Shown one piece after another: positions 9,181 through 19,006 of a DNA stretch of 64,000 nucleotides. The position numbers and the translations under genes are program-made. The notes beneath the pieces were generated by a model. The model was not told the DNA's origin, did not search any database, and was given only the letters and a program-made list of their open reading frames with translations. How positions within the stretch are numbered: position 1 is the first letter of the stretch; each line of letters begins with the position of its first letter. This DNA comes from Rhabdothermincola salaria (lineage in GTDB: Bacteria > Actinomycetota > Acidimicrobiia > Acidimicrobiales > Acidimicrobilacustridaceae): contig NZ_JAJQXW010000001.1 in the NCBI RefSeq assembly GCF_021246445.1, positions 868,001 through 932,000 on the forward strand, written 5' to 3'.

Positions 9181-9873
9181 TCAGCCCCGGGGCGAGCGCT
9201 CCGTGCCGCGGGCCGTGGGCCGGGGAACGACGGCGCCGGGTCCTGCGGTCGGGAAGTGGAGGCCCTCGTGGTCCTCGAGACCGGACAGTCCCAGCCAGAC
9301 GGTCCGGCACACGAGGTCGACGGCGTCGTCGAGCGGCACCTCGGTGCCGTCCAACCACTCCAAGGTGGCCGCTTCGAGCAGGCCGACGAGGGCGCGAGCG
9401 AGGATCCGAGCCTGGGGTGACCCGCCCCAGGCCGACCCCATCCGCTCGAAGCGCACCCGGCGGGCGAGCCTGATCTCGGGGTGCGAGAGCGCCTCGGCGC
9501 TGCCGATCAGAGCCCACGCCGCCGCGTGGTCGGCGGCGAAGCGCAGGTAGCACTCGGTGACTGCCCGTATCCGCTGCGGCAGCGACCCCGTGCCCTCGAG
9601 GGCACGGCTGAGCTCGGCGTCGAGCTGCTCGAAGCTCCGGGAGTAGAGAGCCGCGATCACACCCCCCTTGTCGCCGAAGTAGCTGTAGACCAGGGCCCTC
9701 GAGACGCCGGCGGCCTCGGCGACCTCCTCGATGGTGACGGTGGTGACGTCCCTGCCGGCGAACACGACCTCAGCTGCGTCGAGGATGCGCTCGCGTCGGA
9801 TCGCCGGTTCGAGTCGCGTTCGCGGTGATCGGGCGCCGACCGGGCCTTCGGTGGTGCTCGCCTCGTCGGCCAC
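9181..9873 (-). CDS. TetR/AcrR family regulator
   Basis: RERILDAA..TIEEVAEAAGVSRALVYSYFGDK HTH; starts 4 nt after the ABC ATPase stop. Confidence 0.9.
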   Translation of the reverse strand: MADEASTTEGPVGARSPRTRLEPAIRRERILDAAEVVFAGRDVTTVTIEEVAEAAGVSRALVYSYFGDKGGVIAALYSRSFEQLDAELSRALEGTGSLPQRIRAVTECYLRFAADHAAAWALIGSAEALSHPEIRLARRVRFERMGSAWGGSPQARILARALVGLLEAATLEWLDGTEVPLDDAVDLVCRTVWLGLSGLEDHEGLHFPTAGPGAVVPRPTARGTERSPRG

Positions 9874-9877
9874 GGCG

Positions 9878-10924
9878 TCAGGAGCTCTGCGGCCCGGGTC
9901 CACGGGCCGCCGGCTCCGCCACGGGGATCGCCGGGAGCGGGAAGTGGCAGGCCACGTGGTGGCCGGGAGCGAGCTCCTGCATGACCGGCTCGACCTGGGC
10001 GCAGATCTCCTCGGCGGACGGGCACCTCGTGCGGAAGCGACAGCCGCTGGGGGGTGCGACGGGGGACGGGAGCTCGCCGCCCAGGGCGGCCTGAGATCCC
10101 GGGCGCACTGCGGGGTCCGGCACCGGGATCGAGGCCAGGAGGGCGGCGGTGTAGGGGTGGGCCGGCGTCGCGTAGAGGTCGTCGGGCGCACCGACCTCGC
10201 AGAGCTTGCCGAGGTACATCACCGCCACCCGGTCGCTGACGTTCTTCACCACGGCCAGATCGTGGGCGATGAAGACCATCGTCAGGCCGTAGCGCTGCTT
10301 CATGTCTTCGAGCAGGTTCAGGATCTGGGCCTGGACCGACACGTCGAGGGCCGACACGGGCTCGTCGCAGATGATCAGCCGAGGGTCGAGCATGAGGGAA
10401 CGGGCGATGCAGATGCGTTGGCACTGCCCGCCGGAGAACTGGTGCGGGCGCCGGTCGAGCGCCCCCCCGGGGTCGATGCCCACCGCCTCCAGCGTCTCGC
10501 GGACCAAGCGGTCCTGCTCGGCGGGTGTGCCCCGCTTCCAGATCTTCAGCGGCTCGCCGACGATCTCGCCGACCTTGCGTCGGGGGTTCAGCGACGAGAT
10601 CGGGTCCTGGAAGATCATCTGCATCTCGGGTCGGACCTGACGCAGGTCGCGGCCGGTGAGCGCGGTGAGCTCGCGCCCCCGGTAGTGCACCCGACCACTC
10701 GTAGGTCGAGGCATCTGCATCAGCGCCCGGCCGGTCGTGGACTTCCCGCAGCCGGACTCGCCGACCAGGCCCAGCGTCTCGCCCTCGGCCACGTCGATGC
10801 TGACGTCGGAGACCGCGTTGACCTTCAGACCGGTCCGACCGAGTGGGAACTCGACCACCATGTGCTCGGCGCGCAGGAGGACGTCGGTGGCGGGCCGGAG
10901 GTGCGAGGTGCCGCTGCCGGCCAT
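9878..10924 (-). CDS. oppF: Oligopeptide/dipeptide ABC transporter ATPase (OppF/DppF)
   Basis: GESGCGKST, FSGGQ, DEPVSALD, HPYT, GCRFRTRCP. Confidence 0.92.
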   Translation of the reverse strand: MAGSGTSHLRPATDVLLRAEHMVVEFPLGRTGLKVNAVSDVSIDVAEGETLGLVGESGCGKSTTGRALMQMPRPTSGRVHYRGRELTALTGRDLRQVRPEMQMIFQDPISSLNPRRKVGEIVGEPLKIWKRGTPAEQDRLVRETLEAVGIDPGGALDRRPHQFSGGQCQRICIARSLMLDPRLIICDEPVSALDVSVQAQILNLLEDMKQRYGLTMVFIAHDLAVVKNVSDRVAVMYLGKLCEVGAPDDLYATPAHPYTAALLASIPVPDPAVRPGSQAALGGELPSPVAPPSGCRFRTRCPSAEEICAQVEPVMQELAPGHHVACHFPLPAIPVAEPAARGPGPQSS

Positions 10925-12120
10925 CAGCCGGACCCACCCGGGCCGGGAGCACGGACGCCATCGACCGCGACCTCGGCACCGTCGCGGCGCACGGCCCCCG
11001 CGGCGGCGGCGGTGGCCGCGAGCAGCCCGGCCGAGGCCGGATCGCCCCCTGGTCCGGCGAGGGACTCGTTGCGGGCCAGCGCCTCGGTCCCCTCGGGGGT
11101 GCCCACCGGGAACCAGCACCGGTACCGGTGGGGGGAACCGTCGACGCCCACCAGCGGTGGCTCCTTCAGCAGGCACTGCGTTTGGACGTAGCGGCAGCGG
11201 GGAGCGAAGTTGCACCCCGCGGCGGGCCTGACCAGGTCGGGCGGGCGGCCCGGGATGGCCTCGAGGCGGGTGTGGCTGGGCTGGTCGAGCCGGGGGATCG
11301 ATCGCATCAGGGCCTCGGTGTACGGCATCTTCATGTCTGCGAAGAGCACGTCGGTGGGGGCGTGCTCCACGACCTTCCCCCCGTACATCACGAGGATCTC
11401 GTCGGTCCGCCCCGCCACCACCCCCAGGTCGTGGGTGACCAGGATCATCGCCATGTGGCGGTCCGTCTGCTGAGCCTGCAGGAGGTCCAGGATCTGGGCC
11501 TGGACGGTGACGTCGAGCGCGGTCGTCGGTTCGTCTGCGAACAGCAGCCGGGGGCCGCAGGCCAGCGCGATGGCGATGGTGACGCGTTGGCGCATGCCGC
11601 CGGAGAGCTGGTGGGGGTACTCGTCGAAGCGCTGAGCCGCTTCGGGGATGCCCACCGACGACAGCAACGAGATGGCCGTCGACCGCGCCTCGCCCTTGTC
11701 CATGCGGAGGTGGTGGACGAGCGACTCGGTGATCTGGTGGCCGATCTTCATGACCGGGTTGAGCGAGGTCATCGGATCCTGGAAGACCATGGCCATCTCG
11801 GCGCCCCAGACGTCGCGCATCTGCGCCTGGTCGTAGCCGATGATGTCGGTGCCCTCGTAGAGGACGTGTCCGCCTCGCACGGTGTTGCGCGTGGGCAGCA
11901 GACCCATGATCGAGCGGGACAGGACGGTCTTGCCGGAGCCGGACTCGCCGACGACCCCCAGGGTCCGACCTCGTTCGAGCGAGAACGTGACCCCGTCGAC
12001 GGCCCGCACGGTTCCCCGCTCGGTGCGGAAGTGCGTGCGGAGATCGACCACCTCGAGGAGCCGGGTGCTCGGGCCCGCAGGGCGGGCCTGGGGCGTGGTG
12101 GCGAGGACCTTGCGGCTCAC
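10924..12120 (-). CDS. oppD: Oligopeptide/dipeptide ABC transporter ATPase (OppD/DppD)
   Basis: [36 protein letters not shown]. Confidence 0.92.
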   Translation of the reverse strand: MSRKVLATTPQARPAGPSTRLLEVVDLRTHFRTERGTVRAVDGVTFSLERGRTLGVVGESGSGKTVLSRSIMGLLPTRNTVRGGHVLYEGTDIIGYDQAQMRDVWGAEMAMVFQDPMTSLNPVMKIGHQITESLVHHLRMDKGEARSTAISLLSSVGIPEAAQRFDEYPHQLSGGMRQRVTIAIALACGPRLLFADEPTTALDVTVQAQILDLLQAQQTDRHMAMILVTHDLGVVAGRTDEILVMYGGKVVEHAPTDVLFADMKMPYTEALMRSIPRLDQPSHTRLEAIPGRPPDLVRPAAGCNFAPRCRYVQTQCLLKEPPLVGVDGSPHRYRCWFPVGTPEGTEALARNESLAGPGGDPASAGLLAATAAAAGAVRRDGAEVAVDGVRAPGPGGSG

Positions 12121-13106
12121 AGCGCCCCTTCCTTGATGTCGAAGTACTCGCGGAGCCGGTCGCCGGCCAGGTTCAGCGAGAGCACCGTCAGGAACATCAC
12201 CGTCGCCGGGATCATGCTCATGTAGGGGTGGTCGGCCAGCTGCGACCGTCCGTCGTTGATCATCCCACCCCACGTGGGTTGTGGTGGCGCCACCGACAGG
12301 CCCAGGAACGCCAGGCCCCCTTCGGCCACGATGGCCACCGCCACCCCGATGATCCCGAACGACACCACCGGCAACATCACGTTGGGGAGGATCTCCTTGA
12401 CGACGATCCTCAGGTTGGAGGCTCCGAGCGAGCGTGATGCGGTCACGAACTCGCGCTGGGAGTAGACGAGCGTGGCGGCGCGGACGAGTCGGGCGACCGG
12501 GGCGATGGAGATGATCCCGATGGCCAGCACCACGCTGGGGATGCTGCGATCCTCGCGGAAGCTCACGATCGCCAGGGCCAGGAGGAGGGCGGGAAAGGCC
12601 AACAAGACGTCGACCATGCCCATGAGCACGCTCTCCGTGCGCTTCTTGACGTAGCCCGCGATCACGCCCATGGTCCCGCCGATGACGAGCCCCAGCACGA
12701 TCGAGGCGAAGCCCACGATCAAGGAGACCCGCGCCCCCCAGACCACACGGCTGAAGATGTCGCGGCCCAACATGTCGGTGCCGAACCAGTGCTCGGCGCT
12801 CGGCGCCAGACGGGGCCGCCCCGTCGGCACGCGGTAGTCGTCGAGGGGGAGGATCGGGGCGAGCACGGCGACCAGCACGACCGCGACGAACCATCCGCCG
12901 GCGAGCCAGAACCCGAACCCGAGGCGCTTGCCGGCGAGGGCTCCCTCGACCTGGTCTGGGTCGAGGTCGTGGAGCAGTTCGAGGACGCGGGCGTCGCCGT
13001 CGGCGATCTCCGAGATCTGGGTGGCCATGCTGTCCGAGCCGGCGAAGATGGCATCGCCGCTCGGTTCCGGCATCACCCCGTGGTGGTCATGCGAGGGCGC
13101 GGGCAT
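12117..13106 (-). CDS. oppC: Peptide ABC transporter permease (OppC/DppC)
   Basis: HWFGTDMLGRDIFSR..GARVSL, EAA-like loop, PTWGGMI. Confidence 0.92.
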   Translation of the reverse strand: MPAPSHDHHGVMPEPSGDAIFAGSDSMATQISEIADGDARVLELLHDLDPDQVEGALAGKRLGFGFWLAGGWFVAVVLVAVLAPILPLDDYRVPTGRPRLAPSAEHWFGTDMLGRDIFSRVVWGARVSLIVGFASIVLGLVIGGTMGVIAGYVKKRTESVLMGMVDVLLAFPALLLALAIVSFREDRSIPSVVLAIGIISIAPVARLVRAATLVYSQREFVTASRSLGASNLRIVVKEILPNVMLPVVSFGIIGVAVAIVAEGGLAFLGLSVAPPQPTWGGMINDGRSQLADHPYMSMIPATVMFLTVLSLNLAGDRLREYFDIKEGAL

Positions 13107-14040
13107 GGCGGATCCTGGGATCGAGGACGGCGTAGAACATGTCGACGGCGAAGTTGATCAGCACATAGCCGGTGGCGATGACGACGACCGCACCCTGGAC
13201 CGGGATGTAGTCCTGCCCGAGGATGCCGTCGACGGTGTACTTTCCGAGCCCGTTGAGGGCGAAGATGACCTCGACGATGAGGGTGCCGCCGATCAGGCGC
13301 CCGAAGTTGAGGCCGATGACCGTCACCAGCGAGAAGGTCGACGGCCGGAAGGCGTGGCGCAGCAGCACCCGGCGCGAGGGCATCCCCTTGGCCTTGGCCA
13401 TGGTGATGTAGTCCTCCTGCAGCGTGGCGATCAGGTCGGTGCGCAAGAGCCTCATGTAGACGGCCATCTCGGCCACGGCCAGCGTGAGCGCCGGGAGGAA
13501 GAAGCTGCGCAGGTTCTCCAGCGGGTTCTCGGTGAAGGGCGTGTAGCCCACGGCCGGGAACCACTGGAGACGCACCGCGAAGACCAGGATGAGCACGAGG
13601 GCGAGCATGAAGTTCGGCACCGACAAGAGTGCGAAGAGGGCGCTGGTGGACAGCCGGTCGAAGAGGCCGCCCGATCGTTGGGCGGCGAGCAGGCCCATGG
13701 GCACGGCGACGACCAGGGCGAGGAACTGGGAGTAGACCAACAGCTCGATGGTGACGGGGAGGCGCTGCGTGATGGCTTCCCAGACCGGCTGTTGGTTGCG
13801 GGCCGACGTCCCGAGATCGCCGGTGAGGGCGTTGCCGAGCCATTCCGCGTAGCGAACCGGGATGGGCTTGTCGAGCCCGAGCTCCTCTCGCTTCTGCACG
13901 ACGCACTCGTCGCCCCCCGCGCCGGCGCACAGGCGTTCGGCGGTGTCGCCGGGGAGCAGGTTGAGCATCAGGAACGACAAGAACGTCACGGCCAACAGCA
14001 CCACGACGAGTTGGATCAGCTTCTTGCGGACGAACCTCAT
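13087..14040 (-). CDS. oppB: Peptide ABC transporter permease (OppB/DppB)
   Basis: LPGD..LGLDKP..GDLGTS..DYITMAKAKG..EVIFALNGLG. Confidence 0.92.
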   Translation of the reverse strand: MRFVRKKLIQLVVVLLAVTFLSFLMLNLLPGDTAERLCAGAGGDECVVQKREELGLDKPIPVRYAEWLGNALTGDLGTSARNQQPVWEAITQRLPVTIELLVYSQFLALVVAVPMGLLAAQRSGGLFDRLSTSALFALLSVPNFMLALVLILVFAVRLQWFPAVGYTPFTENPLENLRSFFLPALTLAVAEMAVYMRLLRTDLIATLQEDYITMAKAKGMPSRRVLLRHAFRPSTFSLVTVIGLNFGRLIGGTLIVEVIFALNGLGKYTVDGILGQDYIPVQGAVVVIATGYVLINFAVDMFYAVLDPRIRHARALA

Positions 14041-14068
14041 GCGGGGCCTTCCCGGCCCGGGCGGTCAG

Positions 14069-14148
14069 GCGGGGTGCCGGCCGCCCCCCGACAGCCGGCA
14101 CCCCGCGACAGAGGAGGGGTCGACCGCCCCCCGACGGTCGACCCCTCC
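14069..14148 (-). repeat. Two tandem perfect hairpins with identical loops in the oppB leader
   Basis: Stems 14069-14081/14094-14106 (13 bp) and 14113-14126/14135-14148 (14 bp); both contain CCGCCCCCCGAC on the + strand. Confidence 0.85.
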
Positions 14149-14300
14149 GTGACGGTGGCGAGCCAGCTGATCGGCCGGACCGCGTGGCGGTGGGTTCGGG
14201 CGCCGAGGGCATCGGTCTCGCTGCGTTGCACGCGCCCAGCCTGGCTCACCTGGTTCCCCCGGTCCACGAGCGCCGCTGCGCAGGCCCGCCCCTTCCATCC

Positions 14301-14316
14301 TGTGGCGTTCGTCACA
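14301..14316. promoter_or_regulatory. Candidate CRP/GlxR-type operator
   Basis: TGTGG-N6-TCACA, one mismatch to TGTGA-N6-TCACA, just downstream of the opp -10. Confidence 0.45.
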
Positions 14317-14325
14317 GGACGAGCC

Positions 14326-14354
14326 AGCATGCCCTCCTACTTGCGGAGTGTCAA
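14326..14354 (-). promoter_or_regulatory. Sigma70-type promoter for the opp operon
   Basis: Minus strand TTGACA-N17-CATGCT. Confidence 0.65.
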
Positions 14355-14382
14355 CAACGGTGGGCGGCCTGGTCGCGGCGGC

Positions 14383-15753
14383 TCACGGGGTCGCGACGAC
14401 CGGCGGCCCGACCACGACGGGGCCCGCCGCCGGGTCCGGCAGCTCGGCCGGCGGCTCGGCCGGGGGATCCAGCAGCCAACTGAGGTCGGGGAGCGGGGGG
14501 ATGAGCTGGTCGGCTCGTGCCGCGTAGTCGAAGGCCGTCCGCACCACCAGGTCGGCGTAGGCCCCCGACGCGTTGTAGGCGAGCGCCGCCTGGCGCAGCA
14601 CCGGGGCCTGATCGAGCCCGCTGCCGGCGGCCCCACAGAGCAGTCCCGCGGCGGAGAGGGCGGCGTCGTAGACGTTGTGCGGGTCGGCCCGCCCGTCCCC
14701 GTCGGCGTCGCGACCCTGGGTCCGCCAGGTGCCCGGGATGAACTGCATCGGCCCGACCGCCCGGTCCCACACCGGGTCGCCGTCGAGCAGCCCACCGTCG
14801 GAGTCGGTGATCACCGCCGTGTCGTTGGTGCCGTCGAGGGGGATGCCGATGATCTGGCGCAGCGTGACCCCGTCCGGGCCCGGCCTCGTCCCGAGGTAGG
14901 TCGCATGGCGGGTCTCGACCTTGCCGATTCCGGCGAGACCCCACCACTGCAGCCCGCACTCGGGACGCTCGGCCGAGATGCGTTCGGCGGCCTTCACGTA
15001 GGCGTCGAGCACGACCAGGGGGATGTCGCTGCCCGCCACGTCGGCCCCGATGCGCCAGTCGGCGAGCGCCTGGCGACTGCGAGCCAGGTCCGACCCGGCG
15101 GCGTCCAGCGCGGCGGACTGCTCGGCGCGTCGCGCCTCGAGCCCCGCGATCGCCGGGCCCAGGGCGTCGAGCGCCGCCGTCGACTCCTCGATCACGACGC
15201 GGGAGCGATCGACGACGGCGACGGTCGCCCGCAGGTCGGCCTGTTGGCCCGTGCTCACGGTGTTCACCAGCGCCTGTTGGCGCATCTCGGCGTTGACCCG
15301 CTCGAGATCGATCCCGTCCGGAGGCGCCGAGTTGCCCCGCGTGTAGCTGTGCACGGCCAGCTGCCGCAGGCGCGCCCGCACCGAGGCCGCTCGCTCGGTC
15401 GCGACGGCGTGCTCGTCGCGGGCCGCCGCCAGAGTCTGCTCCAGGTCGCCTCGGCGGGTCGTCGCGTCGACGAGGGCCGCATCGGTCTCGGCCAGGGCGG
15501 TGCGCGCCTCGCCCACCCGGGCCTCGGCCCCGCGAACTGCGCCCACCACCGACTGCCGGCCGGAGCCGCTGACCTCCACCCCGGCCAGCGAGGGGTGCAG
15601 GCGGGGGTCGTCGACCACGACCGCCTCCTGGGCGCCGGACACCGCCAGCAGCGATGGGGCGACCACCGTGAGGGACAGGGCCACGGAGAGCCCGGCGCCG
15701 ATCTGTCGGGCGCGAGCGCGCCGCCTCCGAGGGGGCTGGGAGGACACGATCAC
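14383..15753 (-). CDS. Secreted lytic transglycosylase with N-terminal coiled coil
   Basis: Signal/TM segment, coiled coil, then LAGIGKVET, AVGPMQFIPGTW..DADGDG, AYN; start approximate. Confidence 0.85.
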   Translation of the reverse strand: MIVSSQPPRRRRARARQIGAGLSVALSLTVVAPSLLAVSGAQEAVVVDDPRLHPSLAGVEVSGSGRQSVVGAVRGAEARVGEARTALAETDAALVDATTRRGDLEQTLAAARDEHAVATERAASVRARLRQLAVHSYTRGNSAPPDGIDLERVNAEMRQQALVNTVSTGQQADLRATVAVVDRSRVVIEESTAALDALGPAIAGLEARRAEQSAALDAAGSDLARSRQALADWRIGADVAGSDIPLVVLDAYVKAAERISAERPECGLQWWGLAGIGKVETRHATYLGTRPGPDGVTLRQIIGIPLDGTNDTAVITDSDGGLLDGDPVWDRAVGPMQFIPGTWRTQGRDADGDGRADPHNVYDAALSAAGLLCGAAGSGLDQAPVLRQAALAYNASGAYADLVVRTAFDYAARADQLIPPLPDLSWLLDPPAEPPAELPDPAAGPVVVGPPVVATP

Positions 15754-15923
15754 CCGCCCAGCCTCACCCCGGTCCGAGGCCGTGGCAAGGGTCGCGACGC
15801 GTCGCAGGGCAGGTCGACGCCGAGGGTTCACTCCTACGTCATCGGCACGTTGGCCCCGAAACTTTCGGTGCGGGCCGAGCGCTGACGCCCCATCGGGATC
15901 GCCGCACGCGCCACCATGGCCCC

Positions 15924-17297
15924 ATGGACGTCGCCCCGGCACTCCCCGGCCCTGCTCGCTCGGCGCTGCACGACGTCCTCGGGCCCGACGGCCTGGTCCT
16001 CGACCCCGACGTCGTGGGGGCCCACAGCACCGACTGGACCGGACGCTTCCGTGGCCGGGCGCCGGCGCTGCTGAGGCCCGCCGACACCGCCGAAGTCGCC
16101 GCCGTCGTCGCGATCTGCCGTGACCACGGCCTGCCTCTGGTGCCCCAGGGTGGCAACACCGGGCTGGTGGGTGGCTCGGTGCCCCTCCGTGGCGAGCTCG
16201 TGCTCTCCCTACGCCGGCTCGACACGGTCGGGGCCGTCGACACCTTGGCCGCGCAGGTCACCGTCGGCGCCGGTGCCACCCTCGCCGCAGTCCAGCAGGC
16301 GGCGGGTCGTCACGACCTGCGCCTCGCCGTGGATCTGGCGGCCCGCGACTCGGCGACCGTCGGGGGCATGGTCGCCACCAACGCCGGGGGCCTTCACGTC
16401 GTGCGCCACGGGGCGATGCGTCGCCACGTCGTGGGCCACGAGGCCGTCCTGGGCAACGCCGGGATCGTGCGCCACCTCGCCGGGCTGACCAAGGACAACA
16501 CCGGCTACGACCTCGGGCAGCTGCTCTGCGGCAGCGAAGGCACGCTGGCGGTGCTCACCGCCGTGCGCCTGGCCCTGGTACCCGTCGACACCCACCACGT
16601 CGTCGCCCTCTGCGGCTTCGAGCAGGTCGGCGACGCCGTCGAGGCCGTGGGGAGGTGGCGCCGCCAGCTCCCGGACCTCAACGCAGCCGAACTCATGAGC
16701 GACGACGGCGTGAAGCTCGTGGCCGCTCGGTCGGGGAGGAGCCTCCCGCTCGCCGGCGACCCCCGCTGGTACGTGCTCGTCGAGGCGGCCGGTCGCCACG
16801 ACCCCACCGACGAGCTGGCCGAGCTGGTCGGGTCCGCCCCCGGCGTCGGCGACGTGGCGGTCGCCCTCGACGGGCCACGACGAGCCGAGCTGTGGGCGCT
16901 CCGCGAGGAGCACACGACGGCCATCAACACACTCGGTCCGCCCCACAAGCTGGACGTGACCCTTCCCGCCGACCGCCTCGCCGAGTTCTGCGGTGAGGTC
17001 CGTTCCGTGGTGGCGGCCCTCGACCCCCGCGCCCAGGTGTGGCTCTTCGGCCACCTCGGTGACGGCAACGTGCACGTGAACGTGACCGGCGTCGATCCCC
17101 ACGACGAGCGCGTCGACGACGCCGTGCTGAACCTGGTGGCCCGCCACGACGGGTCCATCAGCGCCGAGCACGGCATCGGCACCGCCAAGCGGCGATGGCT
17201 CCACCTGAGCCGGTCGACCGCCGAGCTCTCCGCCTTCCGGGCCATCCGCACCGCGCTCGACCCCGCCGGCATCCTCAACCCCAACGTGTTGTGCTGA
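15924..17297 (+). CDS. FAD-linked oxidase (D-2-hydroxyacid dehydrogenase-like)
   Basis: PQGGNTGLVGG, KDNTGYDL..GSEGTL, FGHLGDGNVH, ISAEHGIG. Confidence 0.88.
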   Translation: MDVAPALPGPARSALHDVLGPDGLVLDPDVVGAHSTDWTGRFRGRAPALLRPADTAEVAAVVAICRDHGLPLVPQGGNTGLVGGSVPLRGELVLSLRRLDTVGAVDTLAAQVTVGAGATLAAVQQAAGRHDLRLAVDLAARDSATVGGMVATNAGGLHVVRHGAMRRHVVGHEAVLGNAGIVRHLAGLTKDNTGYDLGQLLCGSEGTLAVLTAVRLALVPVDTHHVVALCGFEQVGDAVEAVGRWRRQLPDLNAAELMSDDGVKLVAARSGRSLPLAGDPRWYVLVEAAGRHDPTDELAELVGSAPGVGDVAVALDGPRRAELWALREEHTTAINTLGPPHKLDVTLPADRLAEFCGEVRSVVAALDPRAQVWLFGHLGDGNVHVNVTGVDPHDERVDDAVLNLVARHDGSISAEHGIGTAKRRWLHLSRSTAELSAFRAIRTALDPAGILNPNVLC

Positions 17298-17330
17298 GGC
17301 GATGCGGGCCGGCCTCGCCCGCGTGACCCC

Positions 17331-18098
17331 TCAGGGCCACTGCCCCCGTGCCACCAGCACGTCCTTCAGCACGCGAGGGCGATCGGTCATGATGCCGTCG
17401 ACGCCGAGGTCGAGGAGGCGCTCCATCTCGACGGCGTCGTCGATCGTCCAGACGTGCACCGCCACCCCGAGCTGGTGGGCCCGGCGCACGAAGCGCTCGT
17501 CGACGATGGGGATCGGTCCCTGGTGGGTGGGGACCTGGGCGCAGTCCTCGGTGGGGCGGTACGGCAGCCCGTAGCCGGCGGCCCGGAGCCGGGCGATGGC
17601 CGCCGGCCCCATGCCGGTGCACAGGGAAGGCCCGAGCATGGCCCGCAGCCGGGCGATCCTCCGGTCGGAGAAGGCTCCGATGCAGACCCGCTCGACCGAC
17701 CCGGACCGTTGGAGCACCTCGGCGAGCGGCTCGACCACGGAATCGTGCTTCGGATCGATGTTCACGAAGAGCTCCGGCCAGGACAGCAGCACTTCATCGA
17801 GGCGGGGGACCACCTCGGTCCCGCCCACCCGGGCCCGGCGCACGTCGGCGTAGGGGAGCTCCCGGATGAGCCCCGAGCGGTCCGTCACCCGGTCGAGGCG
17901 CTCGTCGTGGAAGGCCACGACCACACCGTCGGCGGTCACGTGGACATCGGTCTCCACGTGGCGGTAGCCGAGCTCCACCGCCGCGGCGAAGGCGGGCATC
18001 GTGTTCTCGGGCCAGTCGCCCGCCCCGCCGCGATGGGCGATCGCCAGCGGACCGGGATGGTCGAGGAAGGCAGGACGTGTGCGACCGGTCTCACCCAT
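17331..18098 (-). CDS. Glycerophosphodiester phosphodiesterase
   Basis: IAHRGG..PENT..ETDV..HD..WTID..GIMTD; TACCGT 7 nt before ATG. Confidence 0.9.
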   Translation of the reverse strand: MGETGRTRPAFLDHPGPLAIAHRGGAGDWPENTMPAFAAAVELGYRHVETDVHVTADGVVVAFHDERLDRVTDRSGLIRELPYADVRRARVGGTEVVPRLDEVLLSWPELFVNIDPKHDSVVEPLAEVLQRSGSVERVCIGAFSDRRIARLRAMLGPSLCTGMGPAAIARLRAAGYGLPYRPTEDCAQVPTHQGPIPIVDERFVRRAHQLGVAVHVWTIDDAVEMERLLDLGVDGIMTDRPRVLKDVLVARGQWP

Positions 18099-18131
18099 GG
18101 CGGGCACGGTAGTGGCGGTACCCTCGGCGCG

Positions 18132-18917
18132 GTGGAGGCCACCGAGCGCTTCGCCGAGCTCATGGCAACACCCGAGGCTGCGGTGCACCCCGACGAGGTG
18201 GCCCTGCTCATCGCCGCCCATGCCCGGCCCGCCCTCGACCTGGTCGAGGAGACCGTCCGGCTCGACCGACTCGCCGATGGTGTCCGTGTCCCGACCCTCG
18301 ACGGGTTGAGAGCCCGCCTGTTCGACGACCTCGGGTTCCGGGGGAACCGCAGCGACTACCACGACCCCGACAACTCCTACCTCGACCAGGTGGTGCGGCG
18401 TCGCCTGGGCCTGCCGATCAGCCTGGCCGTGCTGACCATCGGGGTCGGCCGTCGCGTGGGCGTGCCCCTGGTGGGCGTCGGGATGCCCGGCCACTTCCTC
18501 GTGGGCGACCGCGTCGACCACGACGTCTACCTCGACCCCTTCCACGGCGGCAACGTGCTCGACGCCGCGGGCTGCGAGCGCATCTTCCGCTCCTTGCAGG
18601 GACCCGACGCCGCCTTCCACCCGTCCTACCTGCAGCCCGTCGGCGCCCATGCCATCGCGGCGCGCATGCTGGCGAACCTGCGCGCCGTCTACACCGCCCG
18701 CCGTACCCCTTCGGCGCTGGCCTGGGTGCTGCGCCTGCGCACCTTCGTGCCCGGGGTGCCGCCTGCGGAGCGAGCCGAGCTGGCCGAGGTGCTCGCCGCC
18801 ACCGGGGGCTTCGCCGCCGCCGCCGACGAGCTCGAGCACCTGGCTCGCAGCACCGCCGGCCCGAGAGCCGCAGAGCACGCGCAGGCGGCCGTCCGCCTGC
18901 GATCCCGGCTCAACTGA
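18132..18917 (+). CDS. SirB1/transglutaminase-like (Transglut_core2) protein
   Basis: GFRGN..YHDPDNSYL..RRLGLPISL..PGHFLV..DPFHGG..RMLANL. Confidence 0.85.
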   Translation: MEATERFAELMATPEAAVHPDEVALLIAAHARPALDLVEETVRLDRLADGVRVPTLDGLRARLFDDLGFRGNRSDYHDPDNSYLDQVVRRRLGLPISLAVLTIGVGRRVGVPLVGVGMPGHFLVGDRVDHDVYLDPFHGGNVLDAAGCERIFRSLQGPDAAFHPSYLQPVGAHAIAARMLANLRAVYTARRTPSALAWVLRLRTFVPGVPPAERAELAEVLAATGGFAAAADELEHLARSTAGPRAAEHAQAAVRLRSRLN

Positions 18918-19006
18918 CGCCACGGCCACCCGCGGCTGGTGGAGTTCACCAGCCCGTCACGCCAACCCTGATCCGGGCACCCACCCCGGCCGGTAGCGTT
19001 CGGGGC

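Noticed and set aside
14037..14330. 97-aa ORF in the opp leader overlapping the oppB start
   Set aside because: Its ATG lies inside the predicted -10 hexamer and AGGAGG is only 2 nt away; the frame runs through the hairpins and is not protein-like
12928..15885. 985-aa plus-strand ORF
   Set aside because: Antisense to oppB and the lytic transglycosylase; no domain signal
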